This document shows positions 1-14,751 of a stretch of DNA of 64,000 nucleotides, piece by piece. A model generated the notes under the pieces. The model was not told the origin of the DNA. It did no database searches and worked only from the letters and a program-made list of their open reading frames with translations. Position numbers and translations under genes: made by a program. The stretch's first letter is position 1. The number at the start of each line of letters is the position of its first letter. The DNA comes from Setoptus koraiensis (taxonomy: Eukaryota; Animalia; Arthropoda), in contig CM106586.1 in NCBI GenBank assembly GCA_048013815.1, forward strand, positions 2,170,001 to 2,234,000, read 5' to 3'.

Positions 1-859
1 AAGCTGGCGCATTGCTATTATGAGAGCACAGTTATCACGGCAACTATCGCCACTGAGCTAGTGAGCTAGCGAGCTAGTGAGCTAGTGAGCGGATAGTTAA
101 GCGCATAGTTAGCGGATACTGGGTCGCTTTGGCAACGACGGGAAACACATTTTGTTTTAGAAAAATGTGTATTGAATAGCTACACACACAACCAACACCG
201 ACAACACCGACAACACCGACAACTCTGACAACACCGACAACAGGCAGCCTGTGGCTTTTATGGCAACTTTATCCGGCGAGTTGGCGCATGTTCTCTTGCA
301 GCGTGCGTTTGTGTTGTGCCCGTGCGATTGGCTAACTAGCTCAAATAGATATAGATAATAGTATATAATCTAATTTATTATTATAATATAATATATATGA
401 CACGGTATATATATCCTGTATGGCAATTGGATGGCAGCGGGATTAATAATATATATTATTGTGCGTTACTTTTTCGGTTGGATTGTTATTTTTGTGCAGT
501 TGACTAGTTGACATTAAGTGTAATGGATAGTGCACGGGCTATAGCGACCACCTGGCGAGCGTAAGAGTTTAAGTTTGACAAGTCATATCGTATGTTTGCA
601 TGTGTCCATTTCGCTTTGTACTAACTTGGTATAACTTTTACTCTATATCTACTGTTTAGAGTGTAACAGTGCTAGTGTATAACTTATACAGTATAAGTTT
701 TATAAGTTAAGTTATGTGAGTGGCTATAAGTAGATATAGACAGCTTGCGCAACAATAACAAGCTGTCTACTATGTATATGAGCATGGATCACATTGAGTG
801 TCTACAATGATCTGCTTACCAATGATCTGCACCATCCAGCTTGTTACGGGTGCCGGTGC

Positions 860-985
860 CATTTGTCAGCTGTCAGCTGACAGTTGTCAGTTGTCGGCCG
901 ACAGTTGTCATTTGTCAGTTGTCATTAGTCAGTTGTCATTTGTCATTTGTCATTTGTCATTTGTCCTTTGTCGTTTGACATTTAC
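860..985. repeat. Degenerate heptamer tandem array (TGTCAGC / TTGTCAG / TTGTCAT)
   Basis: Directly visible: tgtcagc tgtcagc tgacag ttgtcag ... ttgtcat ttgtcat ttgtcat ttgtcct ttgtcgt. Confidence 0.85.
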
Positions 986-3900
986 TTAAGGTTAAAACTG
1001 GACACACAAAGGTGAAGCAAACTAACAACACCTATACTCATCTTGCTGATGTCATCACTTTGGCCAGCGTTTTTGTCTTACTATTTTTGTTTGTGTCTCA
1101 ATTTTGATCATTGTTGTTGTTGTTCGTGTCCAACTAACAACAACAATCACAAATACAATCTGTTTAGCAAACCAATGCAACCAATCAAACAATACAAACA
1201 CATTGAACACAAATCAATTTTGTCTCATCTAATTCTGTCTTTTTGCGCTTGTGTCACCAATTTCACCTGTGTGTTTGTTTGTCGCCTTTAGTGTGACCTT
1301 GGTGTAGTTGCGAAATTGCAAAATTGCAAAATTGCAAAATCTAAACCCCAAACCCCAAACCCCCCAAAAAACAAACAAACAAATACTCTCAATCATTCGC
1401 AGTTGTCAGTCACAATTGCGCCAGAGACCAATACAAACAAACCTTGCTTTTGGTGCCCAACAAATATCAGTGGCATCAACAGACAGGTGCCGCAACACAA
1501 CAAATTGGAGCTGGCAAAAGTAAAAAGCACAATGCGTATGCCGCATGACCATGACAATAATAACTACTAATATATACCAGCCATGATAGACTATATGTGT
1601 GCGTATCGACTAGACTACAAAGTGGCTCGAGTCGAATTCCAATTCCAATTCGCAATCGCATTTAAATTCAGATTGAGCCGTTCCAGTTGAGACCATAATC
1701 TATGTGGCTCCCTTTTATCTTTCAACTCCCTTTGCTCCCATCCATGTCCGCACCTATCACCTTGTGTGCAGCTGAGCTCCCATTGTGCTAGTGTATGGTC
1801 TGGTGCATGGTATAGTCACCAAACTGCAGTGTATGGTCCAGTGTGCAGCATTGTGATGGGCATAGCGCCGCACGGGTACATAGCGCCGTTCGCGACCTAT
1901 CATTACTGTGATGTGTTGGCGTGGTGTCACAACACAGTGAGTGCGCGTTTGTAATGGCACACAACAAGAGCATAGGCCAGCAACAACCAGTTCAGTTGGC
2001 CCCATGATTGGCCCCATTTTGTTGCCCACAGGCGCATATCAACTCATGTTCAGGTGTACAAGTGGTGCTAGTGACAACACGCTGTCTCTGCTTGGTGTCG
2101 TTGGCTCTCCACTGCTGTCTATGTGTGTGTGTGTGTGTGTGTTGTTGGGCCCCATTCATTGTCTATATTTTATTGAGCACAAACCAAACTAACCGCACAA
2201 TCAATTTGTTGGTTGGCAACTGTAAATAAATTCCCGTTCAGCCGGCTCGGTAAACATGCAATATCAAATGCTGCTTATCGGTTATGCAATCTCGGTCAAA
2301 ATTATCTCTGTCTTCTATCTCTGTCTTCTGTAGACACACACACACTATGCTTGCTATGTTGGCGTCACAACGACAACAGAGAAGCATGCACACAAGCAGA
2401 TTAGATCTTTTTATCTTGGCATTACTTTTAGCCACGCCATAGCAGCCAACATAACAAGATTATCTATCACATCCCGTCCAATCCATACATTATCTATCGT
2501 CTTAACTCTCTTGTCAGCCTCCCTCTGGCACTCCCTCTCTGCCTCCCACTAGCCATTTAACACATAGTGTGCAGCTGGCTAATATCATGTGAACTATACT
2601 GATATTGACATGCATAAGACGGCCCCAGATACATGCATATGACGTCAGATGAGGGCATGAGATGAGGCCAAGAGATAAGTTGAGGCCGAGCGGAGAATTG
2701 AATTGTTTGCTAGCTGTTGCGTCTCGCTGCTGCTGCCGCTGGTTGGCTCATTTCTGTTGGGCTCATTTCTGTTGGGCGTATTTCATTTATTGTTGGCCCC
2801 ATGTCCAATGCCAGCCAGTGCATGTATGAGTGCAGTTGTATTTAAATGGCAAATGGCAAATAGCAAATAGCAAATAGCAAATGGCAAGGCTACCATTAAC
2901 CCGTCTGTCGGCCATTGTCATATTTATTATTCACACACAGCTCATAAGCCAGCCATTATATATATGTATATATTCATGAATATTCACCAAGCGATGGTGA
3001 TCTTAATCAGATATTTCAAGTTGAATTGCAAAGTCCGCCACTTGTGTCCAATGGCGAGCTGCCTGTTTCCTCCTAATGCTCTAATGGTCAACTAATTGTG
3101 CCAAAATCTATATGATATACGATGCAGCAAATAATAAATGCACGTTGAACAAAAAGAAATGCCTCGGCTCGCCATTAGAGATGACCGGCCAACTGGTCAG
3201 TGTGACTGGCCAAAATGACTGATAATGCAACCATTTATTCAATGAGTATTCAAAGGCAATTCTACGAGCAATCGATGAACATTGGGTGCGCTTCCGATGT
3301 TACTCATAGTTACTCGTATGAGTCATAGGGTACGAGTATTCAAATGAGTTGCCATCGAATATATACACTGAATGAATAATATGAGCAGCATTTATCTCAT
3401 CCATGAATACGTCAGACATTGGCACTCGTTCGCAACATATCACTCATTGTGCCAAACTTTATTATAGGTGCGCCACCAGGTGAGAGAAAAATGACGCCCA
3501 GTTGCCCATTGTAAGTGTGTGGCGATGATTGGGTTTATTGTTGGTTGTGTGTGTTTGTTGTTGGCCCCACGTCAAGTCTATTCATTTCAGTTCATGACAA
3601 TTGTTTGTTATCGCCAGCCAGATATGAAATGATATGAAATGAAATGACAAATAACTAACTATATACACAGTGTATTGTTCGTTTCATATTGGTCGCTTCA
3701 TATCCAAACTAAATCAGATGGCCGGTTGACTTTGATTTTGGTGGCTCGAATGTCGAGTGTCGAGCCCACTCACAATCATTCTCAAAAAGTTAACACAAAC
3801 AAGTGGCTCCATTCAATTGTTGTTTGTGCTCTTCCGTTTTTTATTCTTTTGCCTCATGCCCTGACAACTCATATTCCATAGTTCACGTCAGGTGCCGCTA

Positions 3901-4103
3901 GATACGCATATATCCATTGCCCATTGTGAGACACACACACACGCATTCTTTCGTCGGTGCTTTTATTCACGTCAGTTTATATCACATCAACACACACACA
4001 CTGACTGCTATTGAATCAATGCAATTGATATCATGCTGCAACTAACAATGCCATAACTATACCACTTTCCATTTCACAACAAATTTGTCACACGCACACA
4101 CAC

Positions 4104-4107
<4 letters not shown>

Positions 4108-4156
<49 letters not shown>
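4108..4156. repeat. (CA)n microsatellite, about 24 units
   Basis: Pure CA run visible in the sequence. Confidence 0.95.
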
Positions 4157-4159
<3 letters not shown>

Positions 4160-6258
4160 GCACATGTACACAAACGCAAACACGTTTAACGTTATACGCA
4201 CGTTGCGTAATATCACGTGATGCAGCCATATAAGCTATTGATATGATATAAGCAGCTTGCCATGGCCAGTTGTTGTGCGTATTGTATTGCGCAATAAGTA
4301 ATGCCTGGCGCGTATTGTGTGCACTGTTTGTTGTTGTCATGATATCGTGACGATTTAGACAAATCATCGGCGACATCTATCGGTGATGATCGATGGGGCC
4401 CCTACATTTGTGTGCCCAAATGTATGTGTGTGCGCTTGTTGCCCCCCCCCCTCCTAACACAATCAAATAATCTTGCTACTAACCTAGCCACTAAGTTATC
4501 CGTTTTCAGTTCAATGCAACGACACTTAACTACAACTAGGGCTACGCTCATGACCATTTGCATAGCTTGTCGTGCCTCGGTGCTGCCAAGACCAATGTGG
4601 CAAGACCGACAATTGAATAAATAATCTAATAGGCGCCACGGGCTAAACTCGCATTCTTGCACAGTGCGACTTACTCCACAAAAAGGCCGCATACACACAC
4701 ACACACACACGTATACAAATGTGAGAAGCTAGTGCATGCACACAAAAGTGCCCCATTGGTATTTACTCTAGGTGCATTGAGCTCACCTGAGTTCAGCACA
4801 GTTTACCTGTTTAGTCGGGCGTGATCTAGGGGGCCAAGTACAGTTATAGGCACACACGCACACTCACACACCAGTCAGAGAGAGAGAGAGAGAGTGAGGC
4901 AATGTTGAGAGTTGTTGGCACAAGAAGAAGAAGAAGAGGAGCACGACAAATAAGCAGTGGCACATTATCTAGCCAGAGCAAATAAAATGCAATCCGTTGC
5001 AAACACCCACGCATAGTGGCACACGCAAAGGTATTGTGTGATATGCATAGGTGCATGATTATGCAACAAAAGTCACCAAGCGAGCTAATGGCGCACATTG
5101 GAGCCGTTGCAACAATAGTTTGGCTTCTTCAATGTCCCTAAATTCGCTCGCTCATTTGTTTGGCTTGACTTGCCACTTTGGACTGGCCAAAATGCGACAC
5201 ACACGACCTATTGCCACATTGAGGCGACTCATTGAGATTATTTATAAAGTCTCTATCGTGAAGATGAGCAAATTTAGAGAGATTTATCAACTAGAATTAG
5301 TGCTATTATGGGCACACTGACCAGGCAGCGATTGTAGCATAAAGTGTGTTTATTTCCCAACTTGTGTCCATCTCAGAGAACACCCGCTGGTCCCCTTAAG
5401 CGTGGGCCGCATAACACAAAATGTACACAAATGTACACAAAATGTAGAAAAAACTGGGCCCAGAAATAGGCAAGCAATAGTCGTTGTCTCACTGATAATA
5501 ATAAGAGCAAATATTGACCCGAGCTTTAGTTGCATGAGCGGCCTAACGGGTCAGGCAACATTTGTCTACGTTTGTGTAGCTTACGCTGTAGCTTACACTT
5601 ACTTGTTAGCTAACAACATATAATATACAATATACAATATATAATATATACAATAAAATAAAACTATTACGATGAATCAAAGGGAAGCCAACAAATCAAT
5701 GGCAGCGGTGCCACGGGTACAGGTATAACGAGCTCACTGTTTTGTGTTCGTTGCTCGTGCTTACAATCACCATTGAGCTCGTGCAACTTGACTGTTATTA
5801 CTACTATTATTATTACTATTACTGTTATTATTATTATAACTCGCTTGTCGTATATCTAACACAATACAAATATTGCCAGTCTTATTGTGTTCATCAACAG
5901 GTTCAAGCTCATTAGTCCAATGAATGGCTTAACCAAGCATGCATAACTAACGAGTAACTTACAAGTCACGATTTGTAACTTACAAGTTGTGAGACCCAAT
6001 TGGTTGCATTGACAAGTGCATTGATTGACAATAATGACAGCTGTCGTAATTGTCGCTCACCGGAAGAGCATGTCATTTCTAGCGGCCAGCAAACGTGTTA
6101 TCTGGTCTATAATTGGAGTTATCTGGCTTATAAGCCAACCAATTCTCTAATAATATCCACAATTACATAACATGTTGCGAGTTACGTTGCGAGCCTGTGC
6201 ACATATTGCAAGAAAACTGTCTGATTGTTTCATTGTTGTTGTTCATTTCATGCAACAT

Positions 6259-6259
6259 C

Positions 6260-6320
<61 letters not shown>
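6259..6320. repeat. (CAA)n microsatellite, about 20 units
   Basis: Pure CAA run; the overlapping poly-Asn ORF at 6197-6400 is not supported as a gene. Confidence 0.95.
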
Positions 6321-9300
6321 CTGACATGGCTTCAGTTAGTCAGCTATGCTCAACCACTAATGGATACTTATTGAGTGCGAATGGCCTAGTTATACGATGA
6401 TCACGTAATAATTTATAATAAACTTTTTAGTTGTCACGTTCTGCTCGTTGTTTGTGGCGCCTCTTGTACAACTAGACAGAGCAAGCCGGTAGTGAAAGCA
6501 TGTACACACTTGACTTAAGTTTCCTCTTTAGTTGTGTAGTGAAGTCTGCAAAGTGTTTCAGTCACGTAACATGCAAGTGACTGGCATAATGACATTGTTA
6601 TTTTATTATTTGGGAGCGCAAACAATTAATATTAACGCATTAATGCAACAACAGCAACACCAACACCAACAACAACAACAACAACAGCAACCACCGCTGC
6701 GACCACGACCCATCATCGAGTTATTTCGATGAATAAACTTGCGTTCACTCATCATGCAAACAATTGAATAATGATGGAGAATAAAATAACGGCAAATATT
6801 TCCATTTCAGGCCTGCCATTCATTTGAGTTTTGTGCTCTGTTGCTGTGGCGCTCTCTCACCCCGTTACGGGCACCAGTAACAAATAAAATTAAATTTTTC
6901 TATGGGCACCTGTCAGTGCCACCAGCGGCTAATACCTGGCTGCGAGCTGGGTAATTGCTAAGCCCGCAATGCCTTTCATCAGCCTGTTTCGTCATTACTG
7001 TTGCTGGTGAGAGCTGTCTGAGAATTTGCCTAATGACAAAATGACAGAATGACAAAACGGTTAGCGTGTGAATATTCAAATGATTATACGCAACACTAAT
7101 ACACTTACACACACAGCATTGCGGTGCCTCACAAAACTGATTATAACTGGGCACTACATGCTGTGTAATGGCTCCTTTTTGGCTGGTTGTCGTGGCCGGT
7201 TTTGAGCCATCATTAGCGAACAGTTGAACGGCAACGTGCAAAGTTTGCAAAATATGCTCATATTCAATTCATCGATGCGTTGTTGTTGTTGTTGTTGTTG
7301 TTGATGACGTATCTTGTATCATATGTAACAAGAATGTGTTGTTAGCCAAAATTGGCTGCGGGCGAAACAACGAGATACCGTGTAAATGAGCGATTTGAGT
7401 TGTACGTTCACCCGGGGCCGATATTGATGGCATGAGTGTCGGTAAAATGGTTTTTGCGGGCCGGCCAACAGCAGCGAGATAAGCTTACATTGTATATCCG
7501 ATCTTGATGCGTCTTGTTGTATTAGGCGCATGATATCGGATATAAGTGAAACGCACATAAAGCGCCCACACACGCGCATGTAATCTCTAATTATTTGCTC
7601 ATTTTATCTCACGATCCAATAACCTTTAATCACATAAAAGGCCATAAGGTACATAGGGTACATAGGGTACATGGGCGCAGCACAGTGGCAGCATATATCG
7701 CGATAAAGCGATGAAGGTGTCTCTTTTGTGCAAGGCCTAATCTTATGTAACAGCCGATGTGTGCCACTGATTTTTGCCAGTGTCTCGGCGACAAGCAAGC
7801 AAGCGAGTGAGTTATTTCCTTTGCTCTTCTCGTTGTGCCTGTCAGTGTGGCTACCAGCTCGCAATTTAATGATGATGCCCATGTGCATTTTGTGGGCCAT
7901 TCTGAGGCCGACATTTTCTCATTAAGTATCGCTCATTGGTGCTTGCTGCAGCTCGCCTATTTCTCTCTCAATGTTAATATGCTGTTCGCTGTTTATTGGC
8001 ACAACTGCACACAATTGTGCACTGCTCTGTCCTGTGTCTCTAGCACGTTCTCTATAATACGCTGATGCGCGTGCTGGTGCTAAATTCAAATTAACGCCGG
8101 GCCTCACATTCTTTTTTCTTTGGGCGCGACCTATTTTTTGTTTGGCCTCTCGTCGGGCCAGCGCAATCACGTGGCAAGCTTAAGCAAATGATGCAAGCAC
8201 ACAAACAAACACACACACGCACACGCACACATACGCACAAATGATTGCATAAAGACGAACTGCACAAAGGAACGAAATGTAAATTTATATTGAAAGTAAA
8301 TCTCAATTAGCCAGTTAGTTGTGACAGTAACTATGAGTTAATAAGCTGCTCATTTCTGCAACAACAACAACAACAACAGCAACAACAACAGCAACAACAG
8401 CAACAGCAACTGTAACGACAGCTGCCACTGCACAGACCACGCAATGCAATTGTTGGCATGAGAGCACGTGATATTTATTTATAAGTGGCCTCGTTCTCTC
8501 TCTCTGGATACTCTCCTTATGCTGTCTCTCTGTAGTATGCAGTGTGTAGTGCATAGTAGGCAGCATATAGTTACGTAGAATGTAGTTACGTAAGCACACT
8601 GGTACAAGTGTTTGTCTCGAGTCGAACGTTGCCAGCCAGTGTGTAATGGCAACATTGGCTTGCTTGTGTCAATTATCAACAAGCAAATTTCAAACATGCC
8701 TGTGTGTGTGTGTGTGCAAACGAACAAAAAGAAACAAGTCAAAGTTGGCTCAATCTCGTTAGCAAACAACCTCAGATGTAACGGGCCTTTTTGGGCTCGC
8801 CAGAGTCATTAGGGTATTTGGTATTTGGCAAGGTTGCTGCTGTGACAACAACTGGTCAACAACTGATTAGCCGGTCATCGTCAGATAAATCCAAACTAAA
8901 ACCCAAATGAAGTGCCAACCAGCCAACCAACCAATCGACCAAACGAGCACAAAGAGGTGAACAATGGCCAATTTGATGGTGGGCAAAGGAAAGAAATTAA
9001 GAAAAGAAAAGAAAAGACAGTTCGCTCTTATTTTCCACTTGAACAAATCCGGCATCCGTGACTGCTAAATCCCCGACACGCTCGCAAGCCGTCACATATC
9101 CCCAACACTATACATCTAGACAGTCGGTTGTGGCGTTTGTTTTACTCACTCACTGGCCCCACCATTAGCTCGCTATTGGCTGGCCAAAAGGTACAAGTCA
9201 TGCCAATGCTGCAAATGATTGCATTGATAACAACCAAACACACAGTTTTATACTCTTTTGTCTCTGTCCCTCTCTCTCTCTCTCTGGTGAGTAATCAGTT

Positions 9301-12300
9301 AACTATCTCTGTCTCGTGTCATACACTCGAGCAACGAAAGAGCCGAATAGCTTAATTGAAGCACAGTTATTACATTTATATCATGTTATTTACATCATAT
9401 CAACTTGCCAATGTCAATGTCCCAAGCACTGACATTGGCAAACAGTAAGCAGGACACCATCATCGTGCAGTAGCATCTACTACATAAACAAAATATTATC
9501 ATATCTATATATATCTAATATATCCATATCTTATGTGTCGGATGTATCAGCAAGCAATATCTTTCAAGGCTCTATTAACTGGTTAGTTAGATCAAGTGTT
9601 TGTTTGCTACTTTGTTTGCTATGCTGCCCACAAACGGCACAAATGTCTCAATGAAAAAAACCAGATTGCCTCTATTTTTGGACCGTTATCTTCTGTCATC
9701 GCTTAGTTTTTGGTTAGTTTTGTCTTGATGTCGTGTGATGATTTGATTGACAAATGTTGCCAACTTACCTGGTGAATTAGGCTTTTCTAGCAAGATTTCC
9801 TCGTTTCATTAATGGCATTTGTGTGGCATTAATTATGAACAGCACTACAGTGGCGCTGCACTAATCAATATGCATGCCCTGTGCCATATTCGCTAATTAA
9901 CTAACAGGTTGTAAGTACTTAGATGCAAATTCAAATCTACTCAGCAGAATCATATCATGCACGATTGTTCGCATATAAACTTTTACTTTTGCCTTCACAA
10001 ACACAATGAGCCTCGTCGGATTGAGTCTGTTGCTTATTCATAATACATATATATGTAATAATAACGATGTATATATAATAATAACGATGATGGTCATTGC
10101 AAAACAAGCCACTGTGTGCTCTCAATGCAGTCTAATTGCTAACTATAGCAATTAGACTGCATTGAACCGAGTTATATTAGCTAATAAACCGTAGCTAATC
10201 ACGTAGGTGACAAAGCCACATTAGCTGGCCTTGGTATGCTAGCATATTATCGAGCAATTGCCATAGCAACCCATGGTCCTCTATACAATGCAGTCTAGTG
10301 GCGTAGTTATTAGTGGGTCCCTTGAAAACTAAATGCACTTGCTCACAATTGTCAATTTAATATTCACTCACTATTTTATAGATGCGATCAATATATTAGC
10401 ATGATATCAAACATGGCGTCGATTGGTATCATTTATTGGCACCAAGCGAGTGTCTAATAATGAGCAGACAATTGACTCAATTATCGATGAGTTTATTTAT
10501 ATTGTGAGCAACCATTTGGGACAATTGAAATGAATTTTAATGTGTTGCCATTTGTTTGTTTGTTTGTTTGATTGCTCAAGTTAACATTGGCTTGAGATCA
10601 TTTATTGCACACAATTGATTGGCTAGATAATCTAATGGTCTCTATATTAATGGATTCGTCAGCGTTCACAACAGCATACCAGTTACAGCGCCAAGCAAAC
10701 GGATAATGCTGGTCGCCCACTTCTATTGTCTGTCGCCTCATATCATATGAGTCATTTGTGTGAGCCAGCCCAACTAGCTAAATCGACTCAACTGGCTGTG
10801 AATAAGAGCAACCATTATTTAACGACCTAACCATTTGAAAAGAAGCCAGCCAGCCAGCCAGCCAGCCAAGTGCCATTGCCTGGTGCTTTTTGATGACATT
10901 TTCGCTGTCATTTCCAGTGCCATTTCGTTATACTCAATACACCATTGGCCCCATTTACAGTGGCGTAAGCAAGTCATTTCTTTTCAACTATTACATCTCT
11001 ATGCGAAGCAATGTGCATGGCATAAGATCATTTAGTTGGCACAGTTTGGACAAGCCCTGGCTGAAAATGTGATGACAGTCACACTTATGCAATAATCATT
11101 GACCATTTAAACATTAATCATTAATGTATTAACTCTATTAACTGCCCCATCAACTGCTCGTTGGTCGTTTAGGCTGCTTTGTATTTATTTACATTTTAAC
11201 CATTAAACAAGAGATTGATATTGGTAAAAGTAGCGAATTTCTCATTCATTTATCAGCATCATCATATTGTTTTTGTAACTACAGTATCGCATTTAGTGTC
11301 AGTCTATCAGTGTTGTAAGTAACAACTTTGCCTAGGGCGCCATTTCTAACGGTTCAAGGAATAATCTTGAGTCATCTTTGCTGCAAAATCTCTATAAATA
11401 AAAATATTTATTAGATATTGTTTTGCACTGAATTTAACAGACAGCCGACAAACATTGTTTGATATAGGTGCAAAAATGTTTGCGCCCCAAGGAAATAAAG
11501 TTAAATAAAATGTAATATATAAAATTGTTTGCAAAAGAATAGATTGAATTCTTTTGGCAATGTCATCTGATGGATAAAGTTTTTTGCGACATTAAGCAAT
11601 TTATTGATGGTTGATTCACATTCTCATGGAATCGTATTCCGTGTTAGTTTCTATCTTGCCCATTATGTAACCCCATTATGTAGCTATAAGCATAGTATAA
11701 GCAAGTTGAAGAGCAATAGAGAGTCGCACAAATTTGGTTGTAAGTTGGATTTTGAGCCAAGTTGTTGAGTTGCCAGTTTCTTTTATATTTCGTTATCGGC
11801 TTGCAGCATTTGACAGTAGCATTTATTTGCGGCTAACATACACAGCAATTGTGTATAGAGTTTTCAGTTTGTGCCAGCAAACACAAAAAGTATCATAGTA
11901 ATCATTTTGGTCATTCATAATGTCGATAGTTATTGTGCTAGCTTGATTGTGTCATATCTCACACACATGGCGATTGTTTGAGATCATCAGTCAAAATATA
12001 ACAACAAAAGAAGCTAATACGCCATCATGTCCACCTGTTTACACCTGTTTGGGTGGACTGTGGTTGTGCTGTTGTCGTGTAGCATTGTTGTGGCCAGATA
12101 AATGTTGTTGCTTGTCAGTTTTTCGCCACTGATATTGACCAGATGTTTGTGCTTGTACGTGTGTGGTGTTGCAATTGTTGCCATTATATACAGAGAGAGA
12201 GAGAGACTTGTTAGATTGCCATTATATCAGACAGACCCATAGCAGCAGCACCCACAAGTCCATTCAAGTCCAAACTATAAATAACTGATGATGATACAAA

Positions 12301-12966
12301 CAACAACAACAACACGATTACGACATCTAGGTAAACATTGCTTGGCACACATATTATTCTTATATTGTTGTTATACCGTTGTTGGTTGCTTCGTTTCAAT
12401 ATTATATAATAGCAAAACGAACCTATAGATAGAGAGATATTTATTTCTAGATTAAGTGCAAGCATCTTTTAAGCACAGCACAACAACAATAACTAACTTT
12501 ACTCTATAATATAATAATAATATAATAGTAATATAATAACTCTTCTCATCTACTGTTTGCCTATGTCATAAATTGTGATCATCAGCCGCTTAAATTGGAC
12601 AGCTTCAACAAAAGCAAGTGAGGCATTGGTCGAGATTGGCCAATTGGTGTGATATATCGCGGACTACAGGAAATACAAGCCAAAGATTTGATTTTGTTTT
12701 AATGAGTGGTCAAGCAAGAATCAATCAAAATTAATTCATTGTGCACCACCTGCTGCCAGTGTTTAAGAAATATAATAAACAATGTAAATTGTATACAAAA
12801 TAGCTCATCAGAATCGAAGCGGACCAATAAAAGCAATTGTATATCCTGCCTGAGTGCAGGCTCCACTTCAGTCCATGAAGGACTAAGTGGCTCCTCGTGT
12901 CAAGACAATCATCAGCAGCAGACTTGCTCCATTAATAGTGATAATAATAATAGTAATAATCAGACA

Positions 12967-14678
12967 ATGATTGGTAGCAACAATCAACAATCATCGCAGT
13001 CCAACAGCAACGGACTACAACAGACATGGATTGCGTTAGATGACAATCCTATTAGTCAACAATACGAGTGCCTCAAGCCTAAAATTAATCATGCCTCTAC
13101 GGGACCCTGTCTTAGTTGGTTAATATATGCAGCAACAAAAAAACGAACTAGCGACCTTGCCCAATTACGCAACTTGAATCAAACGCAATTAACTAACGAT
13201 CAATCTGCTTATGGAGCTAGCGGTTTGAGTGATGCTCTCAGTGTTGCCTATACCTCATTGAAACAACGCAATTCATTTAGTGGATTGAGCGCCGCATTAA
13301 GCGGAAGCGGCCCATCAGCAGCAGCTACAGACACAACAAACAAATCAATTAATAGAACAAACAATAATTATAACAACAACAATAATAATAATAATAATAA
13401 TAGCAATAATTATAACAATTTAACTGATCAAGACAACAGCACTGCCACTAGCCATAATAACAATCAAGCAATTGATCAGCAAGCAAATGTATTAATTAAT
13501 TCCTGTCATGATACCAATATCAATGTATTCCATAATGATTTTACACAATTTCCACCAATCTATGGTAGATGTGGATTGGCACAGGTGCCTGTACAACAGC
13601 GTTTCTACAATCAATTATTACAACAGCATATCAATGAGCTATCATTGGGCAATAAATTATCTGACAGAGTCAGTATATTCTTTTATGACAAGAAAGCGCC
13701 GCAATTATTTGAAAATAATTTAGCCAATGCAACACAATGCTCAATGCAAATGAGCAACAGCACAGTTGTCAGGGCACAACAATCTTATTTGCAATTGGGA
13801 GACGCAATTAAATACAAAAAGAAAGATCTCGCTTTGGCTCAAGATCTTTTGAGATTGGGCGTGAAACATTTAGAGAGGAACCGTCAAATGAAAATGTTGT
13901 TACTGTTGCAAACAATAGAGGAATCATCTAATACAATAGCGTTTGTTACAGAGGCCATTTTGTGCAGTTTGCAAAATTGTATCGATCTCAACAACAATCT
14001 CGGCTTTCCACTTGTTTATATGGGACAGGAGTTGTGCTTGGGCACCACCAACAGCCACAACAATGCTATCAACAAGGCCACCATTGACAACTCAGCTAGT
14101 AAGATCAATCAAGACCATTTGGAACAACAGATTGGCTATTATCAATTGACACAATTCGAAGTGAAATATGGTCTATTGCAGGTGAGTTCGATTGACTGAC
14201 AACAATTGTGCCCACTTGTTTTATAAAAAATAAATCTTGTTTTGCTCCGTAAATAAATTTCTCTTTGGCTATTGTGGATATTTTAAGAAATGGAGCTGGC
14301 CATTCGATTCGGTTGTGCAATGAACGTTTATCGTGCGTGACACAAAGCAACTAATGATATCATTTCAATAATTACATAATTTCCGACTTGACCAGCCTTA
14401 ATCATCATGTTGTTATCTGCCTGTCACGGACACTTCCAATAATAGTAACTTGTTAACTGAAGCTAACACTGTCAACAACGTGATTATTGGCTCACAATAT
14501 CAGCTATTGAAGCCAAATGTTGTTATGTCAGAGTTGCTTGGAGTCGGCCCACAATGTTGCGGTGATTGTGGCACCATCATGGGCGACAACAACAACTGCA
14601 GTTGTTGCAGCAGCACAAGAGAGATGTGCATCCGAATTGATTAGGTAGTAGCTCAAGCTCTCATTACGTGATCGTTGG

Positions 14679-14751
<73 letters not shown>

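Noticed and set aside
10593-10610. TGAGATCATTT, identical to the 5' end of bantam miRNA
   Set aside because: The match stops after 11 nt and no complementary arm is nearby
798-12465. Dozens of 60-116-aa ORFs in the first 12.5 kb
   Set aside because: They are translations of microsatellites (VCVC, NNNN, QQQQ, LSLS), many start with TTG/GTG, and none shows a domain or consistent splice structure
12706-12966. 87-codon N-terminal extension of the SCYL2-like ORF
   Set aside because: It begins at GTG rather than ATG; the first in-frame ATG (12967) is close to where SCYL2 homology starts. It could belong to a longer exon but is unsupported.
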